From Spirochaetaceae bacterium (GTDB lineage: Bacteria > Spirochaetota > Spirochaetia > DSM-2461): a DNA stretch of 64,000 nt. Under the pieces are notes generated by a model that was not told the DNA's origin, did not search any database, and worked only from the letters and a program-made list of their open reading frames with translations. Positions 10,010-19,154 of the stretch are shown here, piece by piece. The stretch lies in NCBI GenBank assembly GCA_051531975.1, contig JAOPTT010000005.1, positions 352,001-416,000 of the forward strand, in the 5' to 3' direction. The position numbers and the translations under genes were made by a program. Numbering within the stretch: position 1 is the first letter of the stretch; every line of letters starts with the position of its first letter.

Positions 10010-11253
10010 TTTTACATATGTTAGGTGGCGGGCCAGCCCAAGTTAGTGTTATTAAAAGATCAAAACAGAAGGGATTTAAAGTAATTGTTTCAGATCTAGA
10101 CCCTAAAGCTCCCGGGTTTGATTTTTCAGATTATAACTCTTTAGCCAGTACTTTTGATGGTGAGGCTGTTTTTAAAGATGCTAAAAGGTACAGATCTTCA
10201 TTTTTAATGACTACAGGAACAGATCAACCAGTTTTAACAGCTGCTAGAGTTTCAAAACAGTTAAATTTACCATATTTCCTTACACCAGATCAGGCTCTAA
10301 TTGTTACAAATAAAAAAACTATGAAAACTAAGATGGTGGATTGTGGTATACCAACTATGCCATTTGTACTTTTATATAAGGATTTTAAGGACAACGAATT
10401 AGATCCCCTGACCTTTCCTTTAGTTATAAAACCATTAGATAGCCAGGGGCAAAGAGGCATTTTAAAGGTATATTCGATAGAAGAAATACGTGATAATTTT
10501 GAAACAGTTCTTAGCTTTTCAAGGGAAGATCAGATCTTAGCCGAGGAGTATTATGAATCAGAGGAAATTACTGTAAGTGGATGGGTAGAAGATGGGAAAG
10601 CCATAACATTTATAATTACTGACAGAGTTACAATAGATAATGGACCACATCTAGGAGTCTGTATTTCTCACCGTTATCCATCTCTATTTCATGATAAAGA
10701 GGAAAAAATAAATAGTTTAGTGCAATCCATTACAGATATGATCGGTTTAAAATCAGGACCTATATATTTCCAAATACTTGCAGGGGATAAAGGTTTTATT
10801 GTAAATGAGATAGCTTGCAGATTAGGTGGAGCATACGAAGATGAATTTATACCAGCGATGTGCGGTATTCCACTAATGGATATTATGATTGAAATAACAG
10901 CTGGAATTAAATATAATCTATTAGAACAGAATCAAATAAACAATAATTTAAAAGGTAAAATTTTATCACTTCAGATGTTTTTTTCTAGACCAGGGATTCT
11001 ACACAAATTAGATGGTATGGATAAAATTCTAACTATAGATGGAGTTTTAAATGGTAGTTTTCTTCTAAAAAAAGGAACTGTTATAGGTTCTAGAGAAAAC
11101 TCTACACAACGGGTTGGATATTTTATTGTTATATCTTCAACTAAGGCTGAAGTAAACAGAATAATTTTAGAAGTTTATGATTCTCTTATTCTAGAAAATG
11201 AATCAGGTGATTCAATGTTACAAATTAATGAAAGGATGTTATTTCCAATATGA
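10006..11253 (+). CDS. ATP-grasp domain ligase of the type found in surface-glycan clusters
   Basis: LGGGPAQ...VIVSD Rossmann-like start, TNKKTMK, PLVIKPLDSQGQRGI, AEEYY, VNEIACRLGG. Confidence 0.85.
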   Translation: MILHMLGGGPAQVSVIKRSKQKGFKVIVSDLDPKAPGFDFSDYNSLASTFDGEAVFKDAKRYRSSFLMTTGTDQPVLTAARVSKQLNLPYFLTPDQALIVTNKKTMKTKMVDCGIPTMPFVLLYKDFKDNELDPLTFPLVIKPLDSQGQRGILKVYSIEEIRDNFETVLSFSREDQILAEEYYESEEITVSGWVEDGKAITFIITDRVTIDNGPHLGVCISHRYPSLFHDKEEKINSLVQSITDMIGLKSGPIYFQILAGDKGFIVNEIACRLGGAYEDEFIPAMCGIPLMDIMIEITAGIKYNLLEQNQINNNLKGKILSLQMFFSRPGILHKLDGMDKILTIDGVLNGSFLLKKGTVIGSRENSTQRVGYFIVISSTKAEVNRIILEVYDSLILENESGDSMLQINERMLFPI

Positions 11254-12182
11254 AAAAAATTATTATGTTACTATTAGCTATAAGTTTGCTTCTAATGGGT
11301 TCATGTTCAAAAAACTATGGAGAAGATAAAACCATTAGCGTAGCAGTACAATATGGACTTGCATATTCACCTCTACACATAATGAAAGAAAAAGGCTTTT
11401 TAGAAGAGTTAAGACCAGATGTAGAAGTTAAATGGTTAAAACTTGGAAATACTGCTTCAATTAGAGAAGCTATGTTATCAGGGGATTTAGATGCAGGATT
11501 TATGGGAATACCTCCTTTTTTAATTGGTAGGGATAAAGGTATGGAATGGAAAATAGCTACTGGATTATCTAGTTCACCATTAGGGTTAGTAATTCCTGTT
11601 GGTTCTTATTCGTCACTATCTGATTTTGATAAAAACTCTAAAATTGCGTTACCACAACCAGGAAGTATACAGCATATACTATTATCAATGGCAGCAGAAA
11701 AGCAGCTTGGAAATGCAACAATACTAGATAACAATTTAATTGCACTTAAACATCCAGATGGGTTAAACGCTCTACTATCTGGTTCTGTTAATGCTCATTT
11801 TACTTCTCCTCCATATCTTTTTAAAGAAGCTGATAATAAGGACTTTGAAATCCTAATAACAGGGGATGATGCAATGGGAGAACCTTTCACTTTTATAGTA
11901 GGGGTTGTTACAGAGAAGTTTAAAAAAGATAATCCTGGTTTATATAAGGATTACCTAAAGGCTTTAGACAAATCTATGGATTTTATTAGTAATAATCAAA
12001 AGGAATCAGTAGAGATCTTAGCAGAAGCTTTCTCTATGGAACCCGATCTGTTAAAAGAGTATTTATATCGACCTGGGATGTTATTTAATAACTCTGTTAA
12101 AGGGCTTGATCGTTTTATATCATTTATGACCACAGAGGGATATTTAAAAAATGAATTAACATCGGAAAGTATTAGCTTTTGA
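11250..12182 (+). CDS. ABC transporter substrate-binding lipoprotein, NitT/TauT (SsuA/TauA-like) family
   Basis: Lipobox LMGSC; REAMLSGDLDAGFMG, IALPQPGSIQH, HFTSPPY. Confidence 0.85.
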   Translation: MKKIIMLLLAISLLLMGSCSKNYGEDKTISVAVQYGLAYSPLHIMKEKGFLEELRPDVEVKWLKLGNTASIREAMLSGDLDAGFMGIPPFLIGRDKGMEWKIATGLSSSPLGLVIPVGSYSSLSDFDKNSKIALPQPGSIQHILLSMAAEKQLGNATILDNNLIALKHPDGLNALLSGSVNAHFTSPPYLFKEADNKDFEILITGDDAMGEPFTFIVGVVTEKFKKDNPGLYKDYLKALDKSMDFISNNQKESVEILAEAFSMEPDLLKEYLYRPGMLFNNSVKGLDRFISFMTTEGYLKNELTSESISF

Positions 12183-12949
12183 AACTGCTAAAATATTGGT
12201 GGTTATTATTAATAATACTACTCTGGCAAATAATATACTCACTTAATTTAGTGCCAGCTTTAGTATTCCCATCATTAACAGAGATAGTTTATGTACTCTA
12301 TTCAGATATTGTTTCAGGGGTTTTAATAAAAGCAGTTTTATTCTCTCTCTTAGTAATTATATGTGCATTTATTCCATCTATGTTTTTAGGTTTTGTAATG
12401 GCATTTTTATCATATCGTTTTAAATCCGTAGATAAGGTCACAGAAAAATTATCATCTATAGCACATCCTCTACCTGGTATAGCCCTATTGCCACTTCTAA
12501 TAATTTGGACAGGTCTTGGAATACATGTAATTGTTTTAATTGTAATACACTCAGTTTTGTGGCCGTTTTATGTAAATATTCGAAGTGGTTTTAATCAGGT
12601 ACCCCAGTTATGGATAGATTTGGGACGTAATAATAGAATAAATAAAAGGGATGAGTTTTTACATATTTTATTACCTGCAGCTTTCCCAAGTATTCTCTCC
12701 GGTCTGAAAATAGCCTGGGCTAGGGCTTGGAGAGCTGTAATAAGCGCAGAGATGATCTACGGAACAATTGGTGGTGCTGGAGGTCTTGGTTGGTTTATTT
12801 ATAATAAACGTATTTTTATGGATACTCCAGGACTGTACGGTGGGATATTCTTGTTAATGATTATAGGTCTTTTAGTTGAGAAAGTTTTTTTTAGTAAACT
12901 TGAGAGGAAAACAAACCTATACTGGGGAGATTCTAATGGATCTAATTAA
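12179..12949 (+). CDS. ABC transporter permease, NitT/TauT family
   Basis: 6 TM; HPLPGIALLPL, LPAAFPSILSGLKIAWARAWRAVISAEM, GGLGW. Confidence 0.9.
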   Translation: MKLLKYWWLLLIILLWQIIYSLNLVPALVFPSLTEIVYVLYSDIVSGVLIKAVLFSLLVIICAFIPSMFLGFVMAFLSYRFKSVDKVTEKLSSIAHPLPGIALLPLLIIWTGLGIHVIVLIVIHSVLWPFYVNIRSGFNQVPQLWIDLGRNNRINKRDEFLHILLPAAFPSILSGLKIAWARAWRAVISAEMIYGTIGGAGGLGWFIYNKRIFMDTPGLYGGIFLLMIIGLLVEKVFFSKLERKTNLYWGDSNGSN

Positions 12950-13736
12950 TGTTAAAAAAATATCATTCTCTTATATAAAAGATAATACAAAGTACCAGAT
13001 ATTTAAAGATTTTGACTTAAATTTAAAAAGGGGTTCATTTACAACAATTTTAGGGCCATCTGGCTGTGGAAAGAGTACACTTTTAGGTCTACTTTCAGGC
13101 TTTAAGAGACCAGATACTGGAGAAATACTTTTTAATGGAAATAAAATCGACTCTCCATTTCCCGAGGGGCAAGTTATATTTCAAGATACTGGACAGTTAT
13201 TACCTTGGCTTACTGTTAAAAAAAACATCATGTTTCCCAGGTATAGAAATAGTTTGTTAAGTAAAAAAAACAGACTAACAGAGAGTGATTTTAACCTATT
13301 AAATAACCTATTAGAATCTACTGGGTTATTAGAATATGAGGAGTATCATCCAAATCAGTTATCCGGTGGACTAAAACAGAGAGTATCACTGGTGAGGTCA
13401 ATTTTTGCAAAGTCAGAAATCATATTTATGGATGAACCATTTGTTAGTTTAGATGCTCCTTCTAGGTTTGAACTACAGAAGTTATTATTAAAATTGTGGA
13501 AATCCCAGGGAAAAACTGTCCTGTTTGTGACTCATGATATTTCAGAAGCACTACTGTTATCCGATCAGATTTTAATATTTTCCGGGGATAATAAAAGCAT
13601 AGATTTGGTAGATAATAAAATTAACAGACCTCGAAATAGAGATGATCAGGAATTTATTGATGAAAAATTACGAATTTACTCTTTAATAGATAGTATCGGT
13701 AACTCCGATACTATCGGAGTTACCGATACAATCTGA
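12936..13736 (+). CDS. ABC transporter ATP-binding protein, NitT/TauT family
   Basis: Walker A GPSGCGKS, LLPWLTV, LSGGLKQR, MDEPF, FVTHD; ATG 12936 follows a GGAG SD. Confidence 0.92.
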   Translation: MDLINVKKISFSYIKDNTKYQIFKDFDLNLKRGSFTTILGPSGCGKSTLLGLLSGFKRPDTGEILFNGNKIDSPFPEGQVIFQDTGQLLPWLTVKKNIMFPRYRNSLLSKKNRLTESDFNLLNNLLESTGLLEYEEYHPNQLSGGLKQRVSLVRSIFAKSEIIFMDEPFVSLDAPSRFELQKLLLKLWKSQGKTVLFVTHDISEALLLSDQILIFSGDNKSIDLVDNKINRPRNRDDQEFIDEKLRIYSLIDSIGNSDTIGVTDTI

Positions 13737-15253
13737 TCTACTCTGTATATTTTTACATTCCACTGCTTTAAATACCTTAAAGCAACGATACGATTACCAT
13801 ATCCAGGACTATTAAATTGATTTATTAATTCACAGTTATTCTCTATAAAAGTATTAAGTCTAGGAAACCAATCCGATGTATTACCATATAATACATTCCA
13901 ATAAGGTCTATTTTTGTAAATATAATATAGCTCATCTGGGATTATAATATATTCAATGTCTCTATCAGTTATATATTTCCTAAGGGTTAAATTATTTTCT
14001 TTTAAATAATGAAGGTTTCTCCAGTCATAAATATTCCCATCGGCAAATCCATAATCGTTAATAATTCCACATAGAACATTGGAATCTGAGGGAATGATTT
14101 TTGTAATTTGATTAAGATAACTATGATAACTCTCTTTTTCTCTGTTTATCTCTATAATAGAAAAAAACAGAGTTAAGAAAAGTAGGGGAGTCATAAATAG
14201 TAATTTAAACTTTTTACTTTCTATTAATATATCTATAAATATGGCGACTGAAATATAGTAAAATGGTGTTAACAACCCTATCGATGGCTGACTATATTTT
14301 CCAATAATAAATAGTCCAATATTAAACCCAAAAAAACCAATAATACTTATTATATTCCTCCTTTTTAAGATTGGAAAAAGTAGGAATATAGGGAACAGTA
14401 ACATTTGCATTTTAATATTTGGATTGTGATATGTTCCACTAATCTGATTAAATATTTTACTATAAAAATTAGGTAACTTTAATAGTTTAACATCGGTTGT
14501 ATCTAATACTCCTAATGGTTTTCCATATGTTAAATAATCTTGTATAAAATTTGGATTAAAACTAAAACTTAAAGCTACAAAAATAGATGTCATAAAAAGA
14601 GTCGAGAATATAAAAATAACTCCTTCAGATAGTTGTCTACGACCTCTAAATATTTCTATTAAAAAGTAGAGTCCAATAGGCCAAGCTATAATAAAACTAT
14701 TTGGATGGAAGCCAACAGATAGTCCTAAAATTAAACCTGTTAATAATCCTCTCTGTTTAGGTTTTATAGATCTGTTTAATAGTATATTTAACATTAATAA
14801 TGTAAAAAAAATTAAGAATATTTCTTGTCTACCTAAGTGTGATAAGTATAAAAATAGTGTATCTACCGAGCAGATAACCATAACAAAGAGTGCTATTAAA
14901 GACTTTTTATCTGTTTTGAATACTTTTAATATAACTTTATATAGTAGAAGTAAGCAGAATATTCCTGTTACAAGAGACAAAAGTCTAATAGTAAAAATAG
15001 AGTAAGAAAATATTTTAATAAAACTTATTTGTAATAGATGGAATAAAGTTTTTATTCCATGGGGATGTCGTTCATATAAGTCAAAAAAATCTTCAGTACT
15101 GTTTACTGAATTATTAGAGATCATTGATCTGCTTAAACCACTTAACCACGGTTCATCTGAATGAACAGATGGATACCTAGTTAAAAAAAGTAAATTTATT
15201 ACAAACCATAGTGGAAGATAGACATAAACTAGATAATGTACTTTGATTTTCAT
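13676..15253 (-). CDS. GT-C fold polyprenyl-phosphate-sugar transferase (ArnT/PMT-like)
   Basis: DE motif in the first external loop (HSDEPWL), RLLSL, GRQE, FHPN; about 12 TM plus a soluble C-terminal domain. Confidence 0.8.
   Translation of the reverse strand: MKIKVHYLVYVYLPLWFVINLLFLTRYPSVHSDEPWLSGLSRSMISNNSVNSTEDFFDLYERHPHGIKTLFHLLQISFIKIFSYSIFTIRLLSLVTGIFCLLLLYKVILKVFKTDKKSLIALFVMVICSVDTLFLYLSHLGRQEIFLIFFTLLMLNILLNRSIKPKQRGLLTGLILGLSVGFHPNSFIIAWPIGLYFLIEIFRGRRQLSEGVIFIFSTLFMTSIFVALSFSFNPNFIQDYLTYGKPLGVLDTTDVKLLKLPNFYSKIFNQISGTYHNPNIKMQMLLFPIFLLFPILKRRNIISIIGFFGFNIGLFIIGKYSQPSIGLLTPFYYISVAIFIDILIESKKFKLLFMTPLLFLTLFFSIIEINREKESYHSYLNQITKIIPSDSNVLCGIINDYGFADGNIYDWRNLHYLKENNLTLRKYITDRDIEYIIIPDELYYIYKNRPYWNVLYGNTSDWFPRLNTFIENNCELINQFNSPGYGNRIVALRYLKQWNVKIYRVDQIVSVTPIVSELPILSIKE
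13688..13734. repeat. Palindrome with perfect 18-bp arms and a 1-nt centre, inside a convergent gene overlap
   Basis: GTATCGGTAACTCCGATA (13693-13710), C, TATCGGAGTTACCGATAC (13712-13729); extends to 23 bp with one mismatch. Confidence 0.95.
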
Positions 15254-15264
15254 GTTGATAAGTA

Positions 15265-15298
15265 TATTAGTTGCTCTAACTTAATAGAGCAACTAATA
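15265..15298 (-). terminator. Hairpin closing the sulfur-transfer operon
   Basis: Perfect 14-bp arms TATTAGTTGCTCTA/TAGAGCAACTAATA, 6-nt loop, immediately after the stop at 15302. Confidence 0.7.
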
Positions 15299-15301
15299 AT
15301 A

Positions 15302-16180
15302 TTAAATTGTTGGTAAACCTTCGTTTGACCAACCAGAAGTTCCTGTTCCAGGAGTTCCCATACCACTTTTAACAGATACTGCGTCGTATCCAAGTAGTCT
15401 TAATATACCTACAGTCTGACCTGCAGTTTGACCAGAATAACAGTAAACATATACTTTTTTATCTTTTGGAAGATCAGTGAAGTTTACTTGCATTCCAGCA
15501 CCAAAAGGAATGTTAATTGCACTTTCAATGTGTGATTCAGCATAAGCATCAGGTTTTCTGATTGAAACAATAGCCATATCTTCGTCTGCGTCTAACATCT
15601 CTTTAAGTTTTGCAGCTGCAATTATGTTGCTACCAGTTTCAGGGATAGCATTAAAGTAAGCTTCTACAGCAGCTTTAACATCAGCATCGTATGAAACACC
15701 AGATGCATCAGGACTCATATTCATATCAAGTTCTGTGTAAGATTGGTAACCTTCTGTTTTAGCAATACCAAGTTTCCAACCATACTTAATAGATTGTGCC
15801 TGGATTCCAGCTACATTAAGAGCCGCAACTGCTTGACCAGCAGTTTGACCTGAGTAACAATTTACATAAACTGGTTTATCGTCTGGTAACCACTCAAGTG
15901 CTTTAGCAATTGCAGGTCCCCAAGGAGCATTTACAGCGCCTTTTAAGTGTCCTGCATCGTAATCTACAGACTTTCTGATATCAAGGATTAAGAAGTCTTT
16001 TTTAGCATCCATTGCTTCAAATACTTTAGCCGCAGGAATTATTCTTGCTCCAGGGTAATCTGCAAAGTAATCATTAGCTGCATCTTGTACAGCACTCGAT
16101 GTTACCTCTTTTTGTCCTTCTGCTACTAACACCATAGTTGTTAGTGATAGAATCATAAGTAGTGTAATGATTTTTTTCAT
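15302..16180 (-). CDS. Exported tandem rhodanese-domain sulfurtransferase
   Basis: Signal peptide ending VAEGQKE; two domains, each with (D/S)IRK..Y..(G/S)H..A.N.P and the active loop CYSGQTAG. Confidence 0.88.
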   Translation of the reverse strand: MKKIITLLMILSLTTMVLVAEGQKEVTSSAVQDAANDYFADYPGARIIPAAKVFEAMDAKKDFLILDIRKSVDYDAGHLKGAVNAPWGPAIAKALEWLPDDKPVYVNCYSGQTAGQAVAALNVAGIQAQSIKYGWKLGIAKTEGYQSYTELDMNMSPDASGVSYDADVKAAVEAYFNAIPETGSNIIAAAKLKEMLDADEDMAIVSIRKPDAYAESHIESAINIPFGAGMQVNFTDLPKDKKVYVYCYSGQTAGQTVGILRLLGYDAVSVKSGMGTPGTGTSGWSNEGLPTI

Positions 16181-16202
16181 ATATTGTCTCCTTTTAAAAT
16201 AA

Positions 16203-17105
16203 TTATGAATTATCTTGTTGTGTAATTGTTACGGCAACTTCTGTTTCCGGAACATATACTGGCATTTTATCTTTTGTCCACTGAAGCCATGCTCCATCGT
16301 AGATTTTTAAATTTCTGTAACCGGCATTATATAGGGCTACATAACTGTTAGTAGCTCTTATTGAACTTTTACAAAACATAACAATGTTGTCATCTGGCAT
16401 TATGCCGTTCTCTTTGTAAAGTATTCTAATTTGTTGTACCGATCTAAATGAAAAGTCGTTAAATAGATTGTCTTCATGATTAATATGTATTGATCCAGGA
16501 ATTGTTCCTGCACTAAACTCATCATCAGATCTTACATCTATCAATTTAAAATTATCATCTGGATTATCAATCATAGATTCAACGGTGTTTGTAGTAGTTA
16601 TAGAGTCTTTATTAAACCTAGTTGTTTTATATTTTGTAATTTTAACTAGCTCTACTTTTTTAGAAACTTCTAAACCAGCATCTTTTAACTCTGTTAAACC
16701 ACCTGCAACAATAAGAATGTCACCTGTATGTCCATAGTTTTTAAGTGTCCAAAACAGTCTAGATGAATCCATGTTTTTATTATCATCATAGATAATGATA
16801 TTAGTTTCAGTTGTTAATCCAATACTTCCTGCAACTTCTGATATTACAGATGCTGGTGCTACACTATTTGGAACAGGTTCTTTAATATTGATACTATTTC
16901 GTTCAATATTCAGAGCGCCAATAATATGTCCTTTCCCATAAGAAGTTGCTTTCCCAGCATCAACGAAAGTGTAACCAGCAGCTATTTTTTTTATTGCAGT
17001 TTTTGCATTAATAATAACCCCATCTGATTCATCATACTTAGTAAAAGAGCAGGATATTATTAATAAAATAACTGAAGCTATAATAACTATTTTTTTTAAG
17101 TTCAT
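16203..17105 (-). CDS. Two-domain thiosulfate/3-mercaptopyruvate sulfurtransferase-like lipoprotein
   Basis: Lipobox IISC; IIIYDD...SRLFWTL..YGH; DVRS..EF..GTIPGS; active site FCKSSIRA; signature YDGAWLQW. Confidence 0.88.
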   Translation of the reverse strand: MNLKKIVIIASVILLIISCSFTKYDESDGVIINAKTAIKKIAAGYTFVDAGKATSYGKGHIIGALNIERNSINIKEPVPNSVAPASVISEVAGSIGLTTETNIIIYDDNKNMDSSRLFWTLKNYGHTGDILIVAGGLTELKDAGLEVSKKVELVKITKYKTTRFNKDSITTTNTVESMIDNPDDNFKLIDVRSDDEFSAGTIPGSIHINHEDNLFNDFSFRSVQQIRILYKENGIMPDDNIVMFCKSSIRATNSYVALYNAGYRNLKIYDGAWLQWTKDKMPVYVPETEVAVTITQQDNS

Positions 17106-17115
17106 AAATGTTTCC

Positions 17116-18339
17116 TTAAGAAAAGTAGTTGATCAATGTATTATATGAAAAATCACAATCAAGAACATCAACAACTTTTTTATCTTTAATAACAACAAGA
17201 CTTGGGTGTTTATCAACTCCCAAACGATTTGCTATACCCTTAGATTTATATACATCAACCTTGGTTACATTAAATCTATCTCCAGCAATCTCTTCTACAG
17301 TATCAAGGTCAGCTAATCTACAGTGGCTATTTTGATCAGATGCATCGTAGATAAATACAACTCCATCTTTACCAAGAATCTGAGTATTATATGCCTCTGT
17401 TTCAGCTATAAAACGTTCAGCTGCAACACCTGCAATAGCACCATCGCCAACTGCTGTAGCAACTTGTTTCAGAATCTTCTCTGTTACGTCACCGATAGAA
17501 AATACACCTTCGATATTAGTCTCTTTTTGCTCATTAACTAATACATAACCTCTATCTGTAAGATCAACTTGACCCTTAAATATCTCTGTATTTGGTATGT
17601 AACCAATAAACTCAAAACATGTTGGTACTTTTATATTTATAAGTTCACTATTTTTTAGGTTTTTAAGTACAACATTTTCAAGGTGCTCTTCACCCTCAAA
17701 TTTATGAACTATTGAGTTCCAGACAAATTCCATTTTAGGATTAGCTAATGCTTCCGCTTTTGCAATTTCATTACAATCCATTTTTCCTTCATCGTGAATA
17801 ACTGAAACATAAACTTTATCAGCAAACTTTGTTAAGAACATTCCTTCTTCTATTGCAGCATCTCCACTACCAATAATAAGAACTTCTTTTCCAGAGTTAG
17901 AAGCAGCATCACAAGTTGCACAGAAGGATATTCCTTTATCAAAAAGATACTTCTCTTCATCTATTGCACCAGTAACTCTTGGTCGCCCTCCAGAGGAGAT
18001 AATTACAGATTTTGCTTTGTATGTAGTTCTAAAAGTTTCAACTGTTTTAATTTCACCTTCTAGATCTACAGATTTAACATCTGTTCCTTTAAATTTAACA
18101 CCAAAGTTTTTAGCTTGTTTCTGAAATAAATTCATTAAATCTAACCCTGTAGTCCCATCTGGGAAACCAGGATAATTTTCTATCTCATTAGTATAGGTCG
18201 CAAGACCACCTACAAGTGATTTTTCAATAATTAATGTTTTTAATCTTGCTCTACCACAGTAGATTCCAGCAGTTAAACCACCAGCACCTGCTCCAATAAT
18301 AACAACATCATATTCTTCTACTTTCTTTTCTCTAGCCAT
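17116..18339 (-). CDS. Thioredoxin reductase-family flavoprotein with a C-terminal degenerate thioredoxin-fold domain
   Basis: GAGAGG FAD motif, IENYPGF, redox CATC, GSGDAAIEEG, TNIEGVFSIGD; extra ~85-aa tail (KVDVYKSKGIANRLGV...PSLVVIKDKK) without CxxC. Confidence 0.88.
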   Translation of the reverse strand: MAREKKVEEYDVVIIGAGAGGLTAGIYCGRARLKTLIIEKSLVGGLATYTNEIENYPGFPDGTTGLDLMNLFQKQAKNFGVKFKGTDVKSVDLEGEIKTVETFRTTYKAKSVIISSGGRPRVTGAIDEEKYLFDKGISFCATCDAASNSGKEVLIIGSGDAAIEEGMFLTKFADKVYVSVIHDEGKMDCNEIAKAEALANPKMEFVWNSIVHKFEGEEHLENVVLKNLKNSELINIKVPTCFEFIGYIPNTEIFKGQVDLTDRGYVLVNEQKETNIEGVFSIGDVTEKILKQVATAVGDGAIAGVAAERFIAETEAYNTQILGKDGVVFIYDASDQNSHCRLADLDTVEEIAGDRFNVTKVDVYKSKGIANRLGVDKHPSLVVIKDKKVVDVLDCDFSYNTLINYFS

Positions 18340-18356
18340 TTATATAACCCCCAATA

Positions 18357-18890
18357 CTACATGAAAAATTTAACAAGTAATTTACTACCGATCCAGGCTC
18401 CGATAAACAAAAAGAGTCCATAAACCCATCCCGATAATGAGAAGGAAGCTATACCACTAAATAGAGCTCCGATGTTACATCCAAAACCAATTCTTGCACC
18501 ATAACCCATAAGTAAACCACCTAGGATTGCTGCAAAAATTTGTTTAGCTGATTTTATCTTTTTTATTTTGAATTGTGACGCCATCAGTGAAGCAAAAAAG
18601 GCACCAAAAATAATACCTAGGTTCCTATATGTTCCAGCGTGATTCAAAACTCCATTTTTAAGTACAGCCTGTGCACCATCTGAAGAGAAGTAGTACCACT
18701 TATCTACATTTCCACCAAATAGTTCATATAACCAAGCTCCCCAGTTCGCTAAAACTCCAGAAACACCCCAAGGATTACCGGTAGCTGCTAAAGTAAATAT
18801 CTGAAAAATAGATAGGAGTACAGCTCCAGTCAGGTAAGGCCATGCCTGTTTAAACCAAACTTTGTAATATTTATTATCTTTTAATGCCAT
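18357..18890 (-). CDS. YeeE/YedE thiosulfate transporter, C-terminal half
   Basis: PWGVSG, GGLLMGYGARIGFGCNIGALFSG sulfur-transport motif. Confidence 0.88.
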   Translation of the reverse strand: MALKDNKYYKVWFKQAWPYLTGAVLLSIFQIFTLAATGNPWGVSGVLANWGAWLYELFGGNVDKWYYFSSDGAQAVLKNGVLNHAGTYRNLGIIFGAFFASLMASQFKIKKIKSAKQIFAAILGGLLMGYGARIGFGCNIGALFSGIASFSLSGWVYGLFLFIGAWIGSKLLVKFFM

Positions 18891-18905
18891 GTTTTTATAC
18901 CTTAT

Positions 18906-19133
18906 TTACTGTTTTTCTATTATAACTTCCCACTCACCGTCATCAACTTCTTCTAATTCAACGTTATGACCCTCTTTTCTTGCCCATTCAGGAACATTTT
19001 TCATAGCACAGCTATGGTCAATTTGAATAATAAGAACATCACCTTTATCCATTTTCTCTAACGCTTTCTCAGCTTTAACTAAAGGGATTGGACAAGCTTC
19101 TCCCATACAATCTAATTCAACTTCTTTTGACAT
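18906..19133 (-). CDS. TusA/YeeD-family sulfur carrier protein
   Basis: LDCMGEACPIPL (CPxP), NVPEWA..EGH; 75 aa. Confidence 0.92.
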   Translation of the reverse strand: MSKEVELDCMGEACPIPLVKAEKALEKMDKGDVLIIQIDHSCAMKNVPEWARKEGHNVELEEVDDGEWEVIIEKQ

Positions 19134-19154
19134 AATATATCTCCTTAATGTTTT

